A stretch of 64,000 nt of DNA from the IMG/VR virus record IMGVR_UViG_2845838682_000001; one strand, written 5' to 3'. This document shows, in pieces, positions 18,271 to 27,801 of the stretch. A model generated the notes under the pieces. That model saw nothing but the letters and a program-made list of their open reading frames with translations, ran no database searches and was not told the DNA's origin. Positions within the stretch are counted from its first letter, which is position 1, and the number at the start of each line of letters is the position of its first letter. The stretch is from a virus. Lineage: Duplodnaviria > Caudoviricetes. Position numbers and translations under genes: made by a program.

Positions 18271-18564
18271 TCAGGCGGTAGAGCGATCCGTCGCCGCGCG
18301 CTCGAACGCCTGCATGGCCTCGGCCTGCTCCCGCAGCCAGTCCCACATGAGCTCGGGCCGGGACCAGCCGGCGTAGTCGTCGACAACTCCGAACTCGACG
18401 GCCTCCAGTGGCGACTCCTGGTGGCGTTGCGCCCGCCAGTTCTCGCCGCCGCTCCACCGGTACCGGCGCAGGTCCCAGACGTCGCCGTAGGTCTCCTGCA
18501 TGTCCTCAGGCAGGGCGACGCGCCCCTGCCCGCCACCCAGGTACCGGTACGTTTCCTCGCTCAT
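18271..18564 (-). CDS. Small hypothetical protein
   Basis: MSEETYRY...VWDLRR...NWRAQR; coupled to the upstream gene. Confidence 0.6.
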   Translation of the reverse strand: MSEETYRYLGGGQGRVALPEDMQETYGDVWDLRRYRWSGGENWRAQRHQESPLEAVEFGVVDDYAGWSRPELMWDWLREQAEAMQAFERAATDRSTA

Positions 18565-18815
18565 GAGCACATCCCTGCGGCGTGGGCGGCCAGCGCCTCC
18601 GGTGAGGGGCCGAGCCTGACCGCGCGCGGGGGAGCCGACATCTGCTGCTCCAACTCCGCCAGCGTGCGGGCATGCAGCGTCGGCGCCCACTCGGCGGGTG
18701 CTCCCGCCTTTTTGGATGCGCACCAGGCGGCCGGTTGGCCGGCGTCGTCGTAGGAGCGCCAGACACTCCAGAAGCGGGCGTGACCGTCGTCTTGTTGGGG
18801 TCGAAGCGGAGGCAT
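18561..18815 (-). CDS. Small hypothetical protein
   Basis: WSVWRS...WCA...TLAELEQQM motif. Confidence 0.6.
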   Translation of the reverse strand: MPPLRPQQDDGHARFWSVWRSYDDAGQPAAWCASKKAGAPAEWAPTLHARTLAELEQQMSAPPRAVRLGPSPEALAAHAAGMCS

Positions 18816-18889
18816 TACACTCCTTCACGGATTCACGGTTGTCGGTGGCGGGTTGTGGTTGGCGCCCGCCCGCCACCTGAATTCCGGTA

Positions 18890-19099
18890 TTACGGTTGTT
18901 CGCGCAGCATTCCGCGCAACTCGTCGCAGGTGGTTGTCCTGAGCAGGGTCTCGCCGCTACTCGCGCACCAGTCGCCATGGGTGCCGTCTTCGCGCACGTC
19001 ACGCCAGATCTCCCAGTCCGGGAACTCCGTCTGAAGAATCTCGGCCTCGGTCGGCCACGGGCCGTGCAATGCGTCGCGTTCTGCCATGCGGTTGTCCAT
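18890..19099 (-). CDS. Small hypothetical protein
   Basis: FPDWEIWR...WCA...DELRGML motif. Confidence 0.6.
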   Translation of the reverse strand: MDNRMAERDALHGPWPTEAEILQTEFPDWEIWRDVREDGTHGDWCASSGETLLRTTTCDELRGMLREQP

Positions 19100-19219
19100 G
19101 CAGCCACCACTCCGATGTGTCGTTCGATGGTGACGCTACTCGCGGCTAACCAGCGCAAACAGAAGCGGAGCGCGGTAGTTCTACCGCGCTCCGCTCAAAA
19201 CTGCCACGTACCGTGGTAC

Positions 19220-20476
19220 CTATAGGGGCACCCCGAGGAATTCGGTTAGATCACGAAGTTCCTGTGAGGGTTTCCGCTTCTTCCGGGTTGCGTCCCAAAT
19301 GTCCTCAGCGATCTCGCGGGCGGCGCGCTGCTGGCGCAGCCATTCCGGGGCGTCGGCACGCAGATCGTGCAACGTTGCCTCAGCCCCGTCAGCGTCGCCG
19401 ACAAGAACCCGCGCCTTGGCCTGATCCAGCTCATGCCGCTGGCGGGTATTGGGCGTCACGCCATCGACGTTCAGGCCGGCGCTCATCTCCAACGCGACAT
19501 CAGGATTGCCTGCGATCAGCTCGTTTTGCATGCCGTTCATCCCGACCGTGGCCGGCCCGAAACGCATGTGGCCGGCCGCGTCGCGATCAGTCCCGAGCCG
19601 GGCTGCAGCGGAGGCCGCCAGCGACTGGATGTCAGCGGCCTCCTCACTGCGGTTGTTGCGCGCCGCCGCCGCCGAGGCACGCATCAGGAGATACCCCCAG
19701 GCCGCGAGTTCGTCCGGGCTCGCGCGAGACATGCGAGGTTCGATCTCTTCGGCCGTCGTCATGCACAGGTGCTCGACTTCGGTGAACCGTGCCTGCCGCA
19801 GCAGCGCCCACCCTTGCTGCCCGATGGCCGCGGCAGCCAACGCCTGGTCTCCGACCCGTATCGCATCGGACAGAGCGTCCCGCAGGGCAATCAAGGCGAG
19901 GTCGTGCTCGCGGATCTGCACCAGGTAGCGGCCGGTGAGCTGCAGGGCGTCTCCACGCAGACGCACCGCCGCCCGCTGCTGGTCGCCGTCGAGGACGCTC
20001 ACGTGGGCGTGGGCGGAGCGGACCGCAGCGGGCGCGACCCGCGCCACGAGATCGTACTCGTTCTCCTGGTAGGCGTTCGCGATGCTGGCAACGGCCGATT
20101 CCAGCATGGGCAGATTCGGCGGTGAACTGTCCATGCTGAAGAGCCGCCCGGAGAGTCCGGCTGGCGGGTTGATCGCTGTGCGGATGTCGAAAAGGACAGT
20201 GTCGCGGTGGTGGGCGGGCGTGGGGTCGGGAGTTTCCGGGGAGGTGAACCACACGGTTCGGACCCCGAAAACACGAGCGATGGCGTGGTAGGTCTCCATG
20301 CGGACCTTTCCGCCTTGCTCGATCTTGCGGATGACCTGCACGCTGAGCCCGGCGCGTTCCGCAAGAACTTCCTGGGTGAGACCGCGGCGTTTCCGCAGTT
20401 CCACGACGCGGTCCTTGATGGATTCCTGCGCGGCTGCGTCGTCGTCGCCGTGTGGGGGTTGGGTAGAGTAGTCCAT
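19220..20476 (-). CDS. XRE-family HTH regulator with C-terminal helical (TPR-like) domain
   Basis: LRKRRGLTQEVLAERAGLSVQVIRKIEQG HTH; FGP..V..  motif in the C-terminal domain. Confidence 0.9.
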   Translation of the reverse strand: MDYSTQPPHGDDDAAAQESIKDRVVELRKRRGLTQEVLAERAGLSVQVIRKIEQGGKVRMETYHAIARVFGVRTVWFTSPETPDPTPAHHRDTVLFDIRTAINPPAGLSGRLFSMDSSPPNLPMLESAVASIANAYQENEYDLVARVAPAAVRSAHAHVSVLDGDQQRAAVRLRGDALQLTGRYLVQIREHDLALIALRDALSDAIRVGDQALAAAAIGQQGWALLRQARFTEVEHLCMTTAEEIEPRMSRASPDELAAWGYLLMRASAAAARNNRSEEAADIQSLAASAAARLGTDRDAAGHMRFGPATVGMNGMQNELIAGNPDVALEMSAGLNVDGVTPNTRQRHELDQAKARVLVGDADGAEATLHDLRADAPEWLRQQRAAREIAEDIWDATRKKRKPSQELRDLTEFLGVPL

Positions 20477-20535
20477 GGTGTCCCCGTCCTTTTCTGGTCA
20501 GCGCGTTTCCAGGATAGGGCGGGGATTTCGCGCTG

Positions 20536-21717
20536 TCAGGGACCGGGGCGAGCGGCGATCGCCTGCTCGGGGCGGTCGACCCATAGCGTGTGGCCACCGT
20601 CGGCGCCCACCGTCACCCCGAGGCGGTCGCGGCCCGGCCGGCCGGTCTCGCACCACACCTGCCGGGCTCGGGTGATCTCGCCCCACAAGTCACGTACACC
20701 ACCCCGCCGGGTCTCGTAGGGGCCGCCGCCGGGCTCGTACTCCGCCAACGCCCAGGATCCGGCCCGGTCATAGACGTAGACGGTGGCCTCTCCCGCCGCC
20801 TCCACGTTGTCCTCAGCGGCCTCGAAGGCGGTATAGGCCAGGTCGGGCACCAACCACCCCAGCACCACGCCCCACCCCGGGGAGCGGTCGGCTACCACGC
20901 GGGGGTTCAACGCGCGGAACTCGGTGACCGCCTCCGGGTCGTTTTCGTTGACGAACTCCCGCCAGGGCCGCACCTGCTGTCTCTGGTCCCGCAGCCACAT
21001 GAACGCCGCATCTCCCACCATCCGGCCCCGCGCCGCCTTTTCGCTGGCTTCCAGCCGGAGCAGGGCTGCGGAGGTGAACCCCGGCCCCCACGGGGTGACG
21101 ATCGTCCCGCCGGAGCGCGTCTGCGCCACCCAGGCGGGCGGCACCCTGCGGGCGGCCACGGTCGCGAGCACATGATCATAGGGCCCCGGCGGCGGGTCGG
21201 CGCCCTCGCCGACGAGCAGGCGGGGCTTGTACCCGGCCGCGTGCAACCGGGTTCGGGCGTCCTCCGCCACGGCCGGATCCACCTCGATGCTGGTGACGGA
21301 CTGATCACCGAACCGCTCGCACAACAGCGCGGTGTTGTACCCGGTGCCGGTGCCGACCTCCAGCACCGTGTCCCCATCACGGGCATCCAGCGCCTCCAGC
21401 ATCCGCACCACCAGCGATGGCTGCGAGATCGAGCTGGTCGGCACGATGCCCGACCCGCCGGGCCCGGCTGGGCGCCCGTCATCGACCTGGGTCATCAGGG
21501 CGTAGTCCTCGCTGATCCAACGGGCCACGTCGGGGTCGGTGCGCGGCCGCGCTGTGAACAGGTCGTAGCCGCCCGGGTCCGCCCCGGAGCGCACCCAGAC
21601 GGTGTCCGGGACGAACGCGGACCGGTCGACGGCGAGGAGGGCGCGGTGCCAGGCGGGGTCCTGCACCACGCCGCGCGCACTCAGCAGCCGCGCCAGAGAC
21701 AACCCCGGCGGCGTCAC
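20536..21717 (-). CDS. RiPP-associated protein-L-isoaspartate O-methyltransferase (PIMT) homologue
   Basis: SSISQP, VLEVGTGTGYN and GTIVTPW motifs; C-terminal extension with WCETGRP (WxxxGxP). Confidence 0.85.
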   Translation of the reverse strand: MTPPGLSLARLLSARGVVQDPAWHRALLAVDRSAFVPDTVWVRSGADPGGYDLFTARPRTDPDVARWISEDYALMTQVDDGRPAGPGGSGIVPTSSISQPSLVVRMLEALDARDGDTVLEVGTGTGYNTALLCERFGDQSVTSIEVDPAVAEDARTRLHAAGYKPRLLVGEGADPPPGPYDHVLATVAARRVPPAWVAQTRSGGTIVTPWGPGFTSAALLRLEASEKAARGRMVGDAAFMWLRDQRQQVRPWREFVNENDPEAVTEFRALNPRVVADRSPGWGVVLGWLVPDLAYTAFEAAEDNVEAAGEATVYVYDRAGSWALAEYEPGGGPYETRRGGVRDLWGEITRARQVWCETGRPGRDRLGVTVGADGGHTLWVDRPEQAIAARPGP

Positions 21718-21851
21718 CTGTTGGGGTCCTGGCCGTCGCCGCCCTGGTCGGGCGCGGGCTCGCCGGAGCCGTGGCGCGACGGCTGCTGGCCGTCGCCGTC
21801 GCTGCCGCCGTGGGAGTCGGTGGGTTTGTCCTGGTTGCCGTGCTTGCCCAT
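21714..21851 (-). CDS. Putative imiditide (type I pamtide) precursor peptide
   Basis: 45 aa MGKHGNQDKPTDSHGGSDGDGQQPSRHGSGEPAPDQGGDGQDPNR; RBS GGAGG; stop overlaps the PIMT start; several Asp-Gly sites. Confidence 0.7.
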   Translation of the reverse strand: MGKHGNQDKPTDSHGGSDGDGQQPSRHGSGEPAPDQGGDGQDPNR

Positions 21852-22018
21852 CATGGCCTCCGTAGGGGAGGGGGAATCCGGTCTCCTGGACGGTAACCCG
21901 GCGGGCAACGCCTGTCACGGCATGTGTCCGATCGTGGTCACCGGGCCACCAGGTGCGCCCTCCTCCGAGTCGTCGGTCTGCGACACTCCTGCCCACCCCG
22001 TCGGCGAAGGAGGTTGGA

Positions 22019-22306
22019 GTGGAGGACCACACGCTGCGGGCCCGCACGCTCGTCGAGTACGAGGACCCGCGTATCGGGCGTGCGCTGCGCCGCCTCCCCG
22101 CCAGGAAGCGGCCGGCGTCGCCGGACGCGGCGTATTGGGAGGCGGCGCTGGTCGTCGCCGAGCGCGACGCCCGCGCAGAGCAGGCGCGTCGGGCGTCGCC
22201 GGGCTGCTACCGGATCGGCTACCTGGGCGGCTACGTGGTGGCGGCCGCCGTACTCCTCGGGCTGATCGCCGCCCTGGTGTGGCTGGTGCAGGCGGTCACT
22301 TCTTGA
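22019..22306 (+). CDS. Hypothetical protein with C-terminal TM
   Basis: RBS AAGGAGG, GTG 22019. Confidence 0.55.
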   Translation: MEDHTLRARTLVEYEDPRIGRALRRLPARKRPASPDAAYWEAALVVAERDARAEQARRASPGCYRIGYLGGYVVAAAVLLGLIAALVWLVQAVTS

Positions 22307-22943
22307 GGTCCACACGCACCCCGTCGGCGAAGGCCCCTTCTCCGTTGACGAGGATGTGGTCCAGCTCGAAGTCGGCCGGGACGTCGTAGGCGATCCTGCC
22401 GGACACCTGCCCGCCGGGGTTGATCTTCTCCAGGCTGTCGATACCAGTGGTCGCGCCGATGTTGTACTCGTACATCGACCCGCCGGGATCCATGAGCACC
22501 TGGTTGCTCGGCTCGAAGTACTCGCCCTCGCTGCCGGTGTTGACGGCCTCGACCTCCAGCACGACGAACTGGCCGCTGGCCTCCTCGGTGAGCCCGAAGT
22601 CGTCCTCGATCTGGGCGATGCCCTGCTCCACCGACGTCACGGTGATGTCCCACGAACCGTGCGAAACCGTGTCACCCACCACGTGGCTGCCGCCGGACTC
22701 CTCACCATCCCCCGCGCCGCCGCCCTCGTCGTTGTTGTCGGCGGCCGGCGGCGCGCCCGGATCAGGGGAGGTGCCGCTGGGGGAGGCGACGACCAACGCC
22801 ATGCACCCGGCCATCATCAGCACGAACCCGCCGATCGCGGCGATACCGCACCCCAGCGCGATCTTGCTGCCGGTGGTCAGCCCGCCCCGCGACGGCGGCT
22901 GGTTCGGGACCGGCGGGGGCGGCGGGTAGTTGCCGTAGGCCAT
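22296..22943 (-). CDS. DUF4352-family membrane protein
   Basis: Pro-rich N-terminus, TM, GQFVVLEVEAVNTG...INPG...IAYDVP. Confidence 0.85.
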   Translation of the reverse strand: MAYGNYPPPPPVPNQPPSRGGLTTGSKIALGCGIAAIGGFVLMMAGCMALVVASPSGTSPDPGAPPAADNNDEGGGAGDGEESGGSHVVGDTVSHGSWDITVTSVEQGIAQIEDDFGLTEEASGQFVVLEVEAVNTGSEGEYFEPSNQVLMDPGGSMYEYNIGATTGIDSLEKINPGGQVSGRIAYDVPADFELDHILVNGEGAFADGVRVDLKK

Positions 22944-23060
22944 GACCTGCTCCTCGGTGCTGGGGGTTGAGGTCAGGAACGCTACACACAGGCGGTGACA
23001 CTCGTCGCGCGGATACGGCGGATCGGGGGTGGCCACCTCAGGCCACCCCCGGACGACAAC

Positions 23061-23243
23061 TCACACCGGGCCGTCGCCGTCCTGGATGATCTCGGCCATC
23101 CCCATCCACGAGTTGCCCAGTTCGGTGAAACGCTCCATTTTCGCGAGATCGGTCTCGCCCTCAGCCCAGATCAGCAGGCGCCGCGCGTTCGCCAACGCTT
23201 CGATGCGGGTCGCTGCGCGAGTCTCGTCGGCCATCGGGATCAC
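23061..23243 (-). CDS. Small hypothetical protein
   Basis: Start overlaps the stop of the TagF-like gene. Confidence 0.55.
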   Translation of the reverse strand: MIPMADETRAATRIEALANARRLLIWAEGETDLAKMERFTELGNSWMGMAEIIQDGDGPV

Positions 23244-24262
23244 CTCCGCCCTGCGGTGGCGGCGCGGGTGCGCGGCTGCGGCGGCACCCGGCGCGACGGC
23301 GCGGGCCGGGAGCGATCCTCCAGATGGGCGAGGAACTCCGCCCACACCTGCCCGCCGGCGCCGCGCAGCTCGGTGGGAACGATGGTCTCGGCGAACTCCG
23401 TCTCAGCTGGGCGCATGCCCTCGCCGGCGGCGCGCCGCACCAGATCGGCCAGCTCGCCGGGCGCATCGGCCTGGTAGCCCAGCCCGCGCTTGTACACCCG
23501 CGCCTCCAGAGTCCGGCCGCTGTCACGGGTCTCGTTGCGGGCCCGTGTCAACCAGGCGGGCAGCACCACCGGGATGCCGAGCACCCACGCCTCGTAGATC
23601 GTGGAGCCGCCGTCGGCGATCACCACGTCGGCGCCCGCGTACTCCTCGAATGTGGCCCGGCAGCCGGGGGAGTGACGCGGGTGCGGCGCGGTGACCACGT
23701 CGAACGCGTCCTCGTCGAGGAGGGCGGTCACCTCGTCGCGGTGCCACCACGAGGTGGCGCCCGCGCCGGGCGCGGCCCGGTTGCCCTCGGGCCAGCGCTC
23801 GGACCCGCCGCCGTGGGTGGGGGCATACACCACCCGGATGCGGTCATCGCGCTCGGGGCCGGCCACCTGGTGGTTGAGAAGCGGGTCGAGCTTGGGATAG
23901 CCCAGGATGTGGAGTTTGCGTTCAGGGAAGCGGGTGCGGCGCAGCACCTCGGCGAACCCCGGCCCCGGCAGCAGCACGTGGCGGAAGAACCGGTACTGCT
24001 GGCGGTACCCCTTGTCGGCGAGCCCGTGGCTCACCCCCACCGATTCCCGGTCGTTGCGCTGGGATCCGGGCGCGTAGGCCGAACGGTTGTTGGGGTAGAC
24101 GTTGACCGCGTCGCGGGCGGGCTGGCGCCCCACCGAATACGGCACCCCCATGGCCTCCAGCGCGTCCCATACGGGCCGGAAGTACCGGTCGAGCTGGCCG
24201 CCCGCGACCATGGTGTCCGCCTGCTCGTCCCAGCTGGTGGAGTTCATGCAGAAGTGGATCAC
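23240..24262 (-). CDS. CDP-glycerol glycerophosphotransferase (TagB/TagF)-like GT-B enzyme
   Basis: SHG, LGYPKLDPL, VVYAPTH, PHP, ADVVIADGGSTIYEAWVLGIPVV. Confidence 0.75.
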   Translation of the reverse strand: MIHFCMNSTSWDEQADTMVAGGQLDRYFRPVWDALEAMGVPYSVGRQPARDAVNVYPNNRSAYAPGSQRNDRESVGVSHGLADKGYRQQYRFFRHVLLPGPGFAEVLRRTRFPERKLHILGYPKLDPLLNHQVAGPERDDRIRVVYAPTHGGGSERWPEGNRAAPGAGATSWWHRDEVTALLDEDAFDVVTAPHPRHSPGCRATFEEYAGADVVIADGGSTIYEAWVLGIPVVLPAWLTRARNETRDSGRTLEARVYKRGLGYQADAPGELADLVRRAAGEGMRPAETEFAETIVPTELRGAGGQVWAEFLAHLEDRSRPAPSRRVPPQPRTRAATAGRR

Positions 24263-24417
24263 CGTCGGCGCCTCCGCTCTTGGGCCTCCACCGCGGACCG
24301 CTGCAGCTGGGCCCCGGCCTTCGTGGTGTGCGTGCCGATCGTCTGCTGGGGCTTGTCGCCCTCACGGCGGCGCACGACCTGCCACTTCTGCCCGCGTTTG
24401 CGGATGTCGTAGGGCAT
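24259..24417 (-). CDS. Small basic phage protein (not in ORF track)
   Basis: RBS GAGGAGG; 52 aa MPYDIRKRGQKWQVV...GTHTTKAGAQLQ. Confidence 0.7.
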   Translation of the reverse strand: MPYDIRKRGQKWQVVRRREGDKPQQTIGTHTTKAGAQLQRSAVEAQERRRRR

Positions 24418-24427
24418 CACAACCTCC

Positions 24428-25096
24428 TCAGTCTTTCCAGTGCGGGATGTGGGCGACGTCTGGGCTCCACGGCTGCCGCAGCGCGGAGGCGTTGGCGCCG
24501 ACGAACCGGTAGGCGTGGCGAGAAGCGGCCGAACTGCGGCCCGGCACCAGGCTGGGGGAGTGGCGGTGATCCACCAACGACGGCCACGGATACCACACCG
24601 TGATGCCCTGGCGCTGGAGCCACTGGCCCATGCGGGAGTCGTAGTTCGCGGTCTCGGGATGCTCGTCGCCCCACGCCACCAGGTCGGGGATCAGCCCGGT
24701 CGGCATGACCACGCCCACGCCCCAGTAGATCGAGGGCATCGCCAGCCAGGACACGCGCCGGCTGCCGACATGGCGGCGCACCGCCGCCCGGAACCGCTTC
24801 ACCCGGCCGGTGTAGAGGCACAGCGGCGTCGGCGCGCCCGGCTCAGCGGGTACGTGCCGCAGCGCCCGCTCCACTCCGGCGACCAGATCCCGGCACACCA
24901 CCGCATCGTCCTGGACGACCAGGTGGTGCGTGGCGGTGGGGGAGTAGGCGAGCATGGCCCGCCGGCCCGTATCCCACCGGTCGCCCCACCGGTCCCAGAC
25001 CACGTTGGAGGGCCGGTCGAGGCGATCCACCAGCTCAGGGATGAACCGGCTGCGGTCGGGATGCGCCATGATCGCCACCGACACCCGCGGCTTCAC
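24428..25096 (-). CDS. Glycosyltransferase (GT-A, phage type)
   Basis: VAIMAHPDR, HHLVVQDDAVVC (DxD-like), PWPSLVDHR. Confidence 0.75.
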   Translation of the reverse strand: MKPRVSVAIMAHPDRSRFIPELVDRLDRPSNVVWDRWGDRWDTGRRAMLAYSPTATHHLVVQDDAVVCRDLVAGVERALRHVPAEPGAPTPLCLYTGRVKRFRAAVRRHVGSRRVSWLAMPSIYWGVGVVMPTGLIPDLVAWGDEHPETANYDSRMGQWLQRQGITVWYPWPSLVDHRHSPSLVPGRSSAASRHAYRFVGANASALRQPWSPDVAHIPHWKD

Positions 25097-25800
25097 CGGG
25101 CGCCTCCTGCCGTGTAGTCCCACCGTCCCACCGGAGTCCGGGAGCCCTTGCCCGAGAAGCGCCGCGTCAAGGCGTAGCCCAGCGGGTGCAGGACGCTCGC
25201 GATCGCTTCGTGCTCGGGCCGGCCCCACTCTTCGGCGAAGACCACCGGACGGTGCCGGCGGATCGTGGCCCGTGCCCCCGCCAGCATCATCGCCTCCATC
25301 CCCTCGATGTCGGCCTTGATCACGTCCACGTCCGGCAGTTGGTAGCTGTCCAGGGTGCGCACGGGCAGGTTCGCACCAGAGCCGATCCACTGCCCGGCGG
25401 CCACGTCGGGCTCGGCGCTGGGTTCGGCCGAGGCGTCGGGGTCCAGGCGGCCCTTGCCGACATGGGTCGCGGTGCTGGTGTGGTCGCCCAGCGCCACCGT
25501 TTCGATCCGCACCCGTTTCTGGGCGCGGTTCATCCGGACGTGCTCGGCCAGCAGCTCATGGTGCAGCGGCTCGAACGCGACCACGTCCAACCCGCACACC
25601 TGGGAAAACCAGAGCGTGTGGTTGCCGATGTTGGCGCCGGCGTCCACCGCCACACCGGTGAAGCGCTGCTGATAGATGTGCTCCAGCAGCGGACGCTCGT
25701 AGGGCACACCGCGCCGCATGCAGCGCGAGATCTTGCCGCCGGTGTCGCGCATGCGCACCCGCGCCCCGTGCGCGGTGATCTGCAGTACTGGTCGGGTCAT
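25093..25800 (-). CDS. FkbM-family methyltransferase
   Basis: VDAGANIGNHT, VAFEP, IKADIEGME, PVVFAE. Confidence 0.9.
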   Translation of the reverse strand: MTRPVLQITAHGARVRMRDTGGKISRCMRRGVPYERPLLEHIYQQRFTGVAVDAGANIGNHTLWFSQVCGLDVVAFEPLHHELLAEHVRMNRAQKRVRIETVALGDHTSTATHVGKGRLDPDASAEPSAEPDVAAGQWIGSGANLPVRTLDSYQLPDVDVIKADIEGMEAMMLAGARATIRRHRPVVFAEEWGRPEHEAIASVLHPLGYALTRRFSGKGSRTPVGRWDYTAGGAR

Positions 25801-26348
25801 GATGCGTTGTGCCTCTGTTCCAGCGCGTCGGCGGCGGCGAGGCGGTCGCCGGAGAGCTCGGCGAGGTCCCACAACCGGGACAGGCCCGGCTCGGGGGCGG
25901 CGATGCCCATGTGCACCACACGCGTCTTGTCGGCGAGGAACGCCTCGATGTTGGCGGTGACCGTGCGGACGTAGGCCCGGGCGGCCGCCAGCCGCTCGGC
26001 GTCGGTGCGCGGCGACCGCGCGCGGATGATGCCGGACGCATACGCCGGGGCGATGCCGGCGCGCACCCCGTAGCGCCGGGCGTAGGAGGCGGCCACCTGC
26101 TCGGGGTCCCGGGTCAGGTGGACATAGGTGGGCTCGTCGCCGAAGCGTTTACCGAGTTCGCCCAGGAACCAGGAGAGCCGGTTGTCGACCTCCACATGGC
26201 CCTCGGGGTAGTCCAGCCGGCCGGGGCCGATCAGGTGGGCGCGGGACTCGTGCCCCACCGTGTGGCTGAGGACGTGCGCCTGCAAGGCGCGAGCGAGCGT
26301 CACCGACCCGCACCGGCCGGTGCACAACACGAACACGCGCCTCACCAT
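25797..26348 (-). CDS. Sulfotransferase-like P-loop protein
   Basis: FVLCTGRCGSVTL (5'-PSB-like loop), HES, VHLTRDP. Confidence 0.65.
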   Translation of the reverse strand: MVRRVFVLCTGRCGSVTLARALQAHVLSHTVGHESRAHLIGPGRLDYPEGHVEVDNRLSWFLGELGKRFGDEPTYVHLTRDPEQVAASYARRYGVRAGIAPAYASGIIRARSPRTDAERLAAARAYVRTVTANIEAFLADKTRVVHMGIAAPEPGLSRLWDLAELSGDRLAAADALEQRHNAS

Positions 26349-26956
26349 GTCGCCTCCCCGCGACGGCGCCGCCCGTTGTTCCAGTAGTGCTCCACCCACC
26401 CCTGGTCGCCGAACATGTCCTCGGAATCGAGCACGATCACGTCGTCCCGGAACCGCCTCTGGTAGGTGCGGGTCAGGTGCCACGGCCCGATGGATTGAGC
26501 GAGAGGGCGGTGCCCGTAGGCGGCGAGCGCGTCCGGCAACTGGTCGACGAGGTCGCCGATGAAGGAATGGTTCGGGGCGGCGGCCATGACGCAGTTCGTG
26601 ATCGGGTGCTCGCCGCGGATGTGCTGCGGGCTGTAGGCCACCACGCAGCTGCGCTCCTGCAGGAGCGGGTCCAGGCTGCGGCGCGGCACCGTGTCGGTGT
26701 CGGCGTAGACCCCGCCCAGCTCCCGCAGGATCTCAAGGCGCACCAGGTCGGCGCGGAAGCGTTTCCAATCGGCCGGGTAGTAGGCGGCGGCCTGGTCGAA
26801 GGTGTCCTGGTTGGCCAGCGGCGGCAGCGCGCTGGTGGCCTGCCAGTTGACCACGGTCCAGTCGGGGTGCAGCCGGGCCCACTCCCGGCCGTTGGCGGCG
26901 ACCTGGTCAGGCATGGGGTCGTCCAGCCAGATGCGGTGGATAAGCCGGGGGATCAT
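26342..26956 (-). CDS. GT32-family glycosyltransferase
   Basis: IPRLIHRIW, RADLVRLEIL..GGVYADTD. Confidence 0.9.
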   Translation of the reverse strand: MIPRLIHRIWLDDPMPDQVAANGREWARLHPDWTVVNWQATSALPPLANQDTFDQAAAYYPADWKRFRADLVRLEILRELGGVYADTDTVPRRSLDPLLQERSCVVAYSPQHIRGEHPITNCVMAAAPNHSFIGDLVDQLPDALAAYGHRPLAQSIGPWHLTRTYQRRFRDDVIVLDSEDMFGDQGWVEHYWNNGRRRRGEATW

Positions 26957-27798
26957 GACCACGCGTCCTCCGGTTCGTCCTCGCGGCCGCTGCCGGCCTG
27001 CCCCTGCCCGGTGTCGCCGTCGGCCGGCTCCGGCTGCTGCGGGCCCTCATCGGCGGGCGCCGCCTCCTCCTCACCACCGGGATCGTCCTCGACGGCCGGC
27101 GTTGCGGGCCGCAGCAGGGCGGGGTCGCGGTGGGCCACCACCAGGCCGCGGCGGCCGGGCCGCCGCGTCCACGGGATCAGCACCGGCTCGTCGTAGGACC
27201 ACCCGTCGGGGCCGGTGTAGCGCCACCCGGCGGTGTAGCCGGTGCCCAGCACACGCGCTGTCGCGGCCACCACGCCGGGTTCGGCGGCGCCGTGCACGAC
27301 CACTGCGGCGTCGTCGGCCAGGTGCTCCACCCATGCCTGCAGGTCGGCCGCGACGGCCGCGCCGGTGTGTTCGGCGTCGTGCACCAGCAGCCCGACCGCG
27401 GGACCGCGCCACTTGGCTCCTGTCGTGCGGGCATAGCCCCTCTTGACGGTCAGCACCTCCGGGCCGGCGTCGATGCGGTCCATGTGGGATTTGAACGCCT
27501 GGTAGGTGGCGGGATGGCTGTAGGTGCCGGAGTAGGGGCTGTAGTGGTCGCGGCGCATCCCCCACGGGTCGACGGCGGTGACGTGGGCCCCGTGGCCCTC
27601 CTGCGCCCCGAGGAGCAGCCACCCGGTGGCCCGCCCCCGGTAGACGCCCAGCTCCACGATCGCCTGGCCGGAGGGCACGGAGGCGGCCAGGGCCCGCAGC
27701 CGGCGGCACGCCGACAGCTCCGTCTGCCCGGTGTGGCGCTTGCTGCGCGCCCACTCGGTCACCACCCCGGCGTCGATCACGCTCGTCCTCGTCGTCAT
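26953..27798 (-). CDS. Class I SAM methyltransferase (Methyltransf_24-like)
   Basis: IVELGVYRG, AVDPW, LLVHDAEH. Confidence 0.85.
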   Translation of the reverse strand: MTTRTSVIDAGVVTEWARSKRHTGQTELSACRRLRALAASVPSGQAIVELGVYRGRATGWLLLGAQEGHGAHVTAVDPWGMRRDHYSPYSGTYSHPATYQAFKSHMDRIDAGPEVLTVKRGYARTTGAKWRGPAVGLLVHDAEHTGAAVAADLQAWVEHLADDAAVVVHGAAEPGVVAATARVLGTGYTAGWRYTGPDGWSYDEPVLIPWTRRPGRRGLVVAHRDPALLRPATPAVEDDPGGEEEAAPADEGPQQPEPADGDTGQGQAGSGREDEPEDAWS

Positions 27799-27801
27799 GG
27801 G

